Sequence record: KX467643.1
DNA: 39,399 nt
Direction: 5' to 3' (one strand)
How positions within the stretch are numbered: the first letter of the stretch is position 1; every line of letters begins with the position of its first letter. Position numbers and translations under genes: made by a program. The notes beneath the pieces are model-generated. The model was not told the origin of the DNA and ran no database searches. It saw only the letters and a program-made list of their open reading frames with translations. Positions 35,992 through 39,399 of this stretch are shown piece by piece.

Positions 35992-36681
35992 TCAATACAC
36001 GTACTTTGAGGGAAGTAACTTCATCAACGAAAGAAAATCTGAATAGGGAAGTTGATAAATAAGCCTAGAAACAGGGTACTTAAAACACCTTACTTCAAGC
36101 TCTCTAAGATATCTTATGTTACCAAAATTGATAGGTTTTCCATCCTGTATTATAGTGTACTCAGGAGTAAAGTTGCTATACCAGTCTTTGGAACATATAT
36201 TATCATCATAAGGAGTAACAAGAACAAAAATCTCTTTAGGATTAACACCAAAACGCTCGACATAGGCTCTAACAAAATAATTAGAAGTATAAGGGCTAAC
36301 AGACCAGTAAGACAAATATTTGTTCTCGTTCTTATACGGTTTATTAACGATCATAAACGGAGTAGAAGCAAGAACATATTCATCAAGATACCTTTTAGTG
36401 GTAGCACGATATATATACTTACCACGTAAATCAAAATTATTCCAGCCACGTAAAAATTCAGCAAGACCCGGAATACAAGGTAAATCGTATTCTATATGAA
36501 TTGTAGAAGCTTCTTGCTCTAACTCCTGACCAAGAATCTGAATAAAACTTCTAACCTTATGACCATAACAAGCATCAAGATATACGTCATAATATTCGGT
36601 AAGAGGGTAAACCTTCTTCCATTGCTCTAGAAGAAACAGCTTTGAATAAAAATCGTCTATGATATCTTGATACCGCACCAC
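35992..36681 (-). CDS. Hypothetical protein, 229 aa
   Basis: Clean ORF in the leftward operon. Confidence 0.8.
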   Translation of the reverse strand: MVRYQDIIDDFYSKLFLLEQWKKVYPLTEYYDVYLDACYGHKVRSFIQILGQELEQEASTIHIEYDLPCIPGLAEFLRGWNNFDLRGKYIYRATTKRYLDEYVLASTPFMIVNKPYKNENKYLSYWSVSPYTSNYFVRAYVERFGVNPKEIFVLVTPYDDNICSKDWYSNFTPEYTIIQDGKPINFGNIRYLRELEVRCFKYPVSRLIYQLPYSDFLSLMKLLPSKYVY

Positions 36682-37226
36682 ATTTTAAGGATTAAGCCCC
36701 AAGTTAATAAACCTTTATAATATTTCATTATATATAATCTAAAAATATCATTTGCAAGCTCTCTTAATTCATCTGCACTAGATACAATCGTGTTAATATT
36801 CACCCCATTAACATAAACCATATTATTAATAAGTTTTATGTAAGTAGGGATACTGCCCAAAAATTTGCAAGGAATGTACTCAAGACGAGGAATACTTACA
36901 TCACTAAACGTAATATCTGGACTAGTAGGGTTTATTCCTAGTTCCTTTATTACATCAGAAGGAACATAAGCGAGATAAGCTGAAGAATCACCTGACATAA
37001 AAGTAAGCATTCTTTTCAAGTCATTAACATTTGAGTAAGTTAGGTAATAGAACGACTCCTTACCACTCTTAATACAATACTCGTCATGACGACACTCAAT
37101 ACGTGTAGCAAAAGTGGGCTTTATATTAAAAATATCATTAAAATCATCAAAAACACCATTAAACTGTTGAATACCATCTGGTGTATATATAGTACCAGAA
37201 ACGTAATGTTTACTCTCTACTGACAT
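36657..37226 (-). CDS. Hypothetical protein, about 189 aa
   Basis: Likely start ATG 37226 (MSVESK); the ORF track start at 37247 is also possible. Confidence 0.75.
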   Translation of the reverse strand: MSVESKHYVSGTIYTPDGIQQFNGVFDDFNDIFNIKPTFATRIECRHDEYCIKSGKESFYYLTYSNVNDLKRMLTFMSGDSSAYLAYVPSDVIKELGINPTSPDITFSDVSIPRLEYIPCKFLGSIPTYIKLINNMVYVNGVNINTIVSSADELRELANDIFRLYIMKYYKGLLTWGLILKMWCGIKIS

Positions 37227-37246
37227 AATGTATAACTTAGCAAACA

Positions 37247-37435
37247 TTAACCAACAACCACATAACCATTCTTATTAAGATAAGAAAGAAGTTCTTTTAT
37301 ACTTTCCTCTGGACTTAAACCCAAAATAATAGATACACTCTCAGCATAATGGATAATACCATTATATGATACCGTATTACCTTTAATTACTCCATTAAAA
37401 CGTAAAAAATCAATAACATCCTCGATAGTTCCCAT
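37247..37435 (-). CDS. Hypothetical protein, 62 aa
   Basis: GGTGA RBS; 1 nt after the upstream stop. Confidence 0.75.
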   Translation of the reverse strand: MGTIEDVIDFLRFNGVIKGNTVSYNGIIHYAESVSIILGLSPEESIKELLSYLNKNGYVVVG

Positions 37436-37436
37436 T

Positions 37437-37682
37437 TCAAATCACCATCTCAGCGACTACAAACTTATCCTCAATTTCTCTAGCAGAAGATAACTTAGTC
37501 CTTAAATCTGGATTCTCCTTTAGTATCTCCTTTTCAACATGTTTAACTTTTCTACCCTCAATATAAGAAATAACATCGACTAAAATATCAGCATAGGTTT
37601 GACGCTCAACTGAACTTGAAAACTCACGTTTAACTAGAACATTACCATTGCCATCAACAACAGTTACGGAATGAATTATCAT
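37437..37682 (-). CDS. Hypothetical protein, 81 aa
   Basis: GGTGAGTGA RBS. Confidence 0.75.
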   Translation of the reverse strand: MIIHSVTVVDGNGNVLVKREFSSSVERQTYADILVDVISYIEGRKVKHVEKEILKENPDLRTKLSSAREIEDKFVVAEMVI

Positions 37683-37685
37683 AAA

Positions 37686-37907
37686 TCACTCACCTAATAT
37701 AACAATTTTATCAGTGACTTTTAAAACATAACGTCCATCCCTCTCTTCAAAAGAAACAGGGTAACCAAGAGACTTAAAATCCTCCATTAATGTCTCGAGG
37801 TAGGCTTTAGAGAAAACTTTTGAGGGAAGGATTAAAATCTTAAATTGCCTGCCATTTTCTTTTAGAAAAGTAAGTCCATGCACGATATAAAAAAAAGGAT
37901 ATATCAC
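37686..37907 (-). CDS. Hypothetical protein, 73 aa
   Basis: First gene of the leftward operon. Confidence 0.7.
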   Translation of the reverse strand: MIYPFFYIVHGLTFLKENGRQFKILILPSKVFSKAYLETLMEDFKSLGYPVSFEERDGRYVLKVTDKIVILGE

Positions 37908-37963
37908 TTAAAAAGTTATCGGAAATAAACGCTTATTAGAGAGAAAGATAAGAAATTAAAGTA

Positions 37964-38260
37964 ATGAGGTTATTTTCATTTAGGGGGAAAAGAAAAAAGA
38001 AATCCCTATTCATACAATCGGAAGCGGAAATACCGATAAAAATAATGGTAGCAATAGGAAAAAGACATGTTGTAGGAATAGCAGAACTAGGAGATCAATC
38101 GGCAACAGTAGAAAAGACATTTCTACCGTTCTTTAAACCTCCAGAACCAGAAGAAATAGCGAAAATGTTATTGAATAAATTAGGAATACCAGAAAACGAA
38201 TGGGAGGAAATACTAAAAAACAAAACAGAATTACAAACTAACGAAACATTTTGGCATTGA
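37964..38260 (+). CDS. Hypothetical protein, 98 aa
   Basis: A-rich coding bias; divergent from 37907. Confidence 0.7.
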   Translation: MRLFSFRGKRKKKSLFIQSEAEIPIKIMVAIGKRHVVGIAELGDQSATVEKTFLPFFKPPEPEEIAKMLLNKLGIPENEWEEILKNKTELQTNETFWH

Positions 38261-38567
38261 AGTACACTCCAAGAGAAATATAGGAAACAAGATAAGCCAA
38301 AGTGAGATAAAAGTATTTATCTAAGGAAAGGGTATAAAATACAAAAAAGGGAACTGGAAGTGAGATAATATTAATGAATAAAATAGCAGAAACGTCATAA
38401 TATTCACGAAGGTAAATAAAATCTTCATATAAAATCCAAGCAGGGAAAAGAAAAAGTGTGAAATAGACAAAGTAAACAGGACAATGTGCTTTTAAAACAA
38501 GAAAATATATCCATCCGTAAAACAGATATAAAGCCATGACAAATCTTAAAGGGTGATGGATAATCAT
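38238..38567 (-). CDS. Multi-pass membrane protein, 109 aa
   Basis: Three to four hydrophobic segments; GGGTGA RBS; ATGA coupling. Confidence 0.65.
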   Translation of the reverse strand: MIIHHPLRFVMALYLFYGWIYFLVLKAHCPVYFVYFTLFLFPAWILYEDFIYLREYYDVSAILFINIISLPVPFFVFYTLSLDKYFYLTLAYLVSYISLGVYFNAKMFR

Positions 38568-38746
38568 TTCTCATCACCCTTGCCAGCTTGATAGCCGGAA
38601 TGAAATACAATTGCAGTAAAGAATCCAATAAGAATATAAACCCAGTATTGGTTATTAAGCAAGGACGGATTAACGAAAGTGAGAAAAAGCATAAACGTAA
38701 ATATAACAGCGTTTATAAGATACATTATAACAGAAAAATAGTTCAT
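38564..38746 (-). CDS. Two-TM membrane protein, 60 aa
   Basis: Own strong promoter GAAAAAGATTTAAATA (38771-38786), leaderless. Confidence 0.7.
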   Translation of the reverse strand: MNYFSVIMYLINAVIFTFMLFLTFVNPSLLNNQYWVYILIGFFTAIVFHSGYQAGKGDEK

Positions 38747-38770
38747 GATAAAAATAAGAGAAAAAAAGAG

Positions 38771-38786
38771 TATTTAAATCTTTTTC
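38771..38786 (-). promoter_or_regulatory. Early-type BRE-TATA promoter
   Basis: GAAAAAGATTTAAATA, 25 nt upstream of ATG 38746. Confidence 0.7.
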
Positions 38787-38940
38787 GCGTATTTCACGAA
38801 AAGACGTAATAAAGAAAGTAAACTAGGCATTAGCAAACACTAAAAAAAACGGGAATAAAAAGCTTTTCATAAAAATGTGATAGAATTTATTCTATCATAA
38901 TTTTTGTTCTTTAATTAAAATCTAGAACGAATGAGTAAAG

Positions 38941-39399
38941 AAAACGGAAAATAAAAAAAGAACGAGTGAAGTAAGACGAACGAAAACGAACGAGAAAAGA
39001 CGAGTTAAAAACGAGAACGAATGAGTGTAGTATTCAGAATGGCGTAAGTAGTAAGGACGAATTAAGAAAGGGAAAGTACGAGTTAAGAAAGAGGAGTGAA
39101 GAAAGGACGAACGGGGAACGAATGAGTGAAGCAAGGAGAATGATATAACAAATATGAAGTAAGTGGTACGAGAAAAATTCAAAGAAGAACGAATATAGGG
39201 GGTATTGAATATATCTATATAATATAAGAGGAAAGAAGTAAGGGGTAAGAAGTACGAATATAAGACGTAAGAAATACGTATAAGATATAAGACATATCAA
39301 TGTCTTATAAGATATAAGACGTATCCGTGTCTAATACGTTATACGACGTAATTGTATGAAATACGACTTATACAATTTCTCTCTTATATTATATAGATA
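38941..39399. repeat. Right inverted terminal repeat (459 bp)
   Basis: Reverse complement of 1-459. Confidence 0.95.

Noticed and set aside
35992-36681. Second Cas4/PD-(D/E)xK nuclease
   Set aside because: No intact D...ExK catalytic motif or Fe-S cysteine cluster; left as hypothetical.
869-38809. Many antisense or alternative-frame ORFs (e.g. 869-1186, 2545-2868, 9369-9698, 15936-16184, 29165-30262, 34841-35203, 36052-36429)
   Set aside because: They are shadows of well-supported genes on the opposite strand, with typical antisense composition.
1-39399. Rudivirus (SIRV) identity
   Set aside because: Two different MCPs of 167 and 204 aa, two helicases, a short ITR, no AATTTAGG terminal hairpin, and no recognisable HUH Rep, Hjc or dUTPase fit a betalipothrixvirus.
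1-39399. DNA polymerase, integrase, transposase, tRNA, or AcrID1-family gene
   Set aside because: No supporting motifs were recognised; a divergent AcrID1 would need a profile search to exclude.

Overview
The window looks like an essentially complete linear genome of a filamentous crenarchaeal virus: a betalipothrixvirus closely related to Sulfolobus islandicus filamentous virus (SIFV). It has 459-bp inverted terminal repeats. From left to right it carries: (i) a leftward recombination/replication block (Cas4-like nuclease, Ski2/Hel308-like helicase, candidate Sm-like, PC4-like and phi29-like SSB proteins); (ii) an early anti-defence island of mostly monocistronic genes with strong BRE-TATA promoters, including an AcrIIIB1 homologue and an SvtR-like RHH gene missed by the ORF track; (iii) an XPB-like helicase, an AcrIII-1 ring nuclease and several RHH regulators, one AvtR-like; (iv) a minimal AEP primase-like domain in a dual-coding locus; (v) the two paralogous major capsid proteins, a probable pyramid (VAP) egress protein and a glycosyltransferase cluster; (vi) a long operon of paralogous terminal/tail proteins, a SAM methyltransferase and small terminal genes. 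No DNA polymerase, integrase, tRNA or canonical CRISPR array was seen. The best candidates for something new are an unannotated 34-aa ORF between the two capsid genes that mimics the MCP1 N-terminal arm, a solitary CRISPR-repeat-like unit plus RNA-type hairpins inside the Acr island, a 22-23-bp cassette-boundary motif repeated five times in that island, and a genome-wide TGTGATATCACA operator. Family assignments come from motif reading and recalled reference sequences; no database searches were run.
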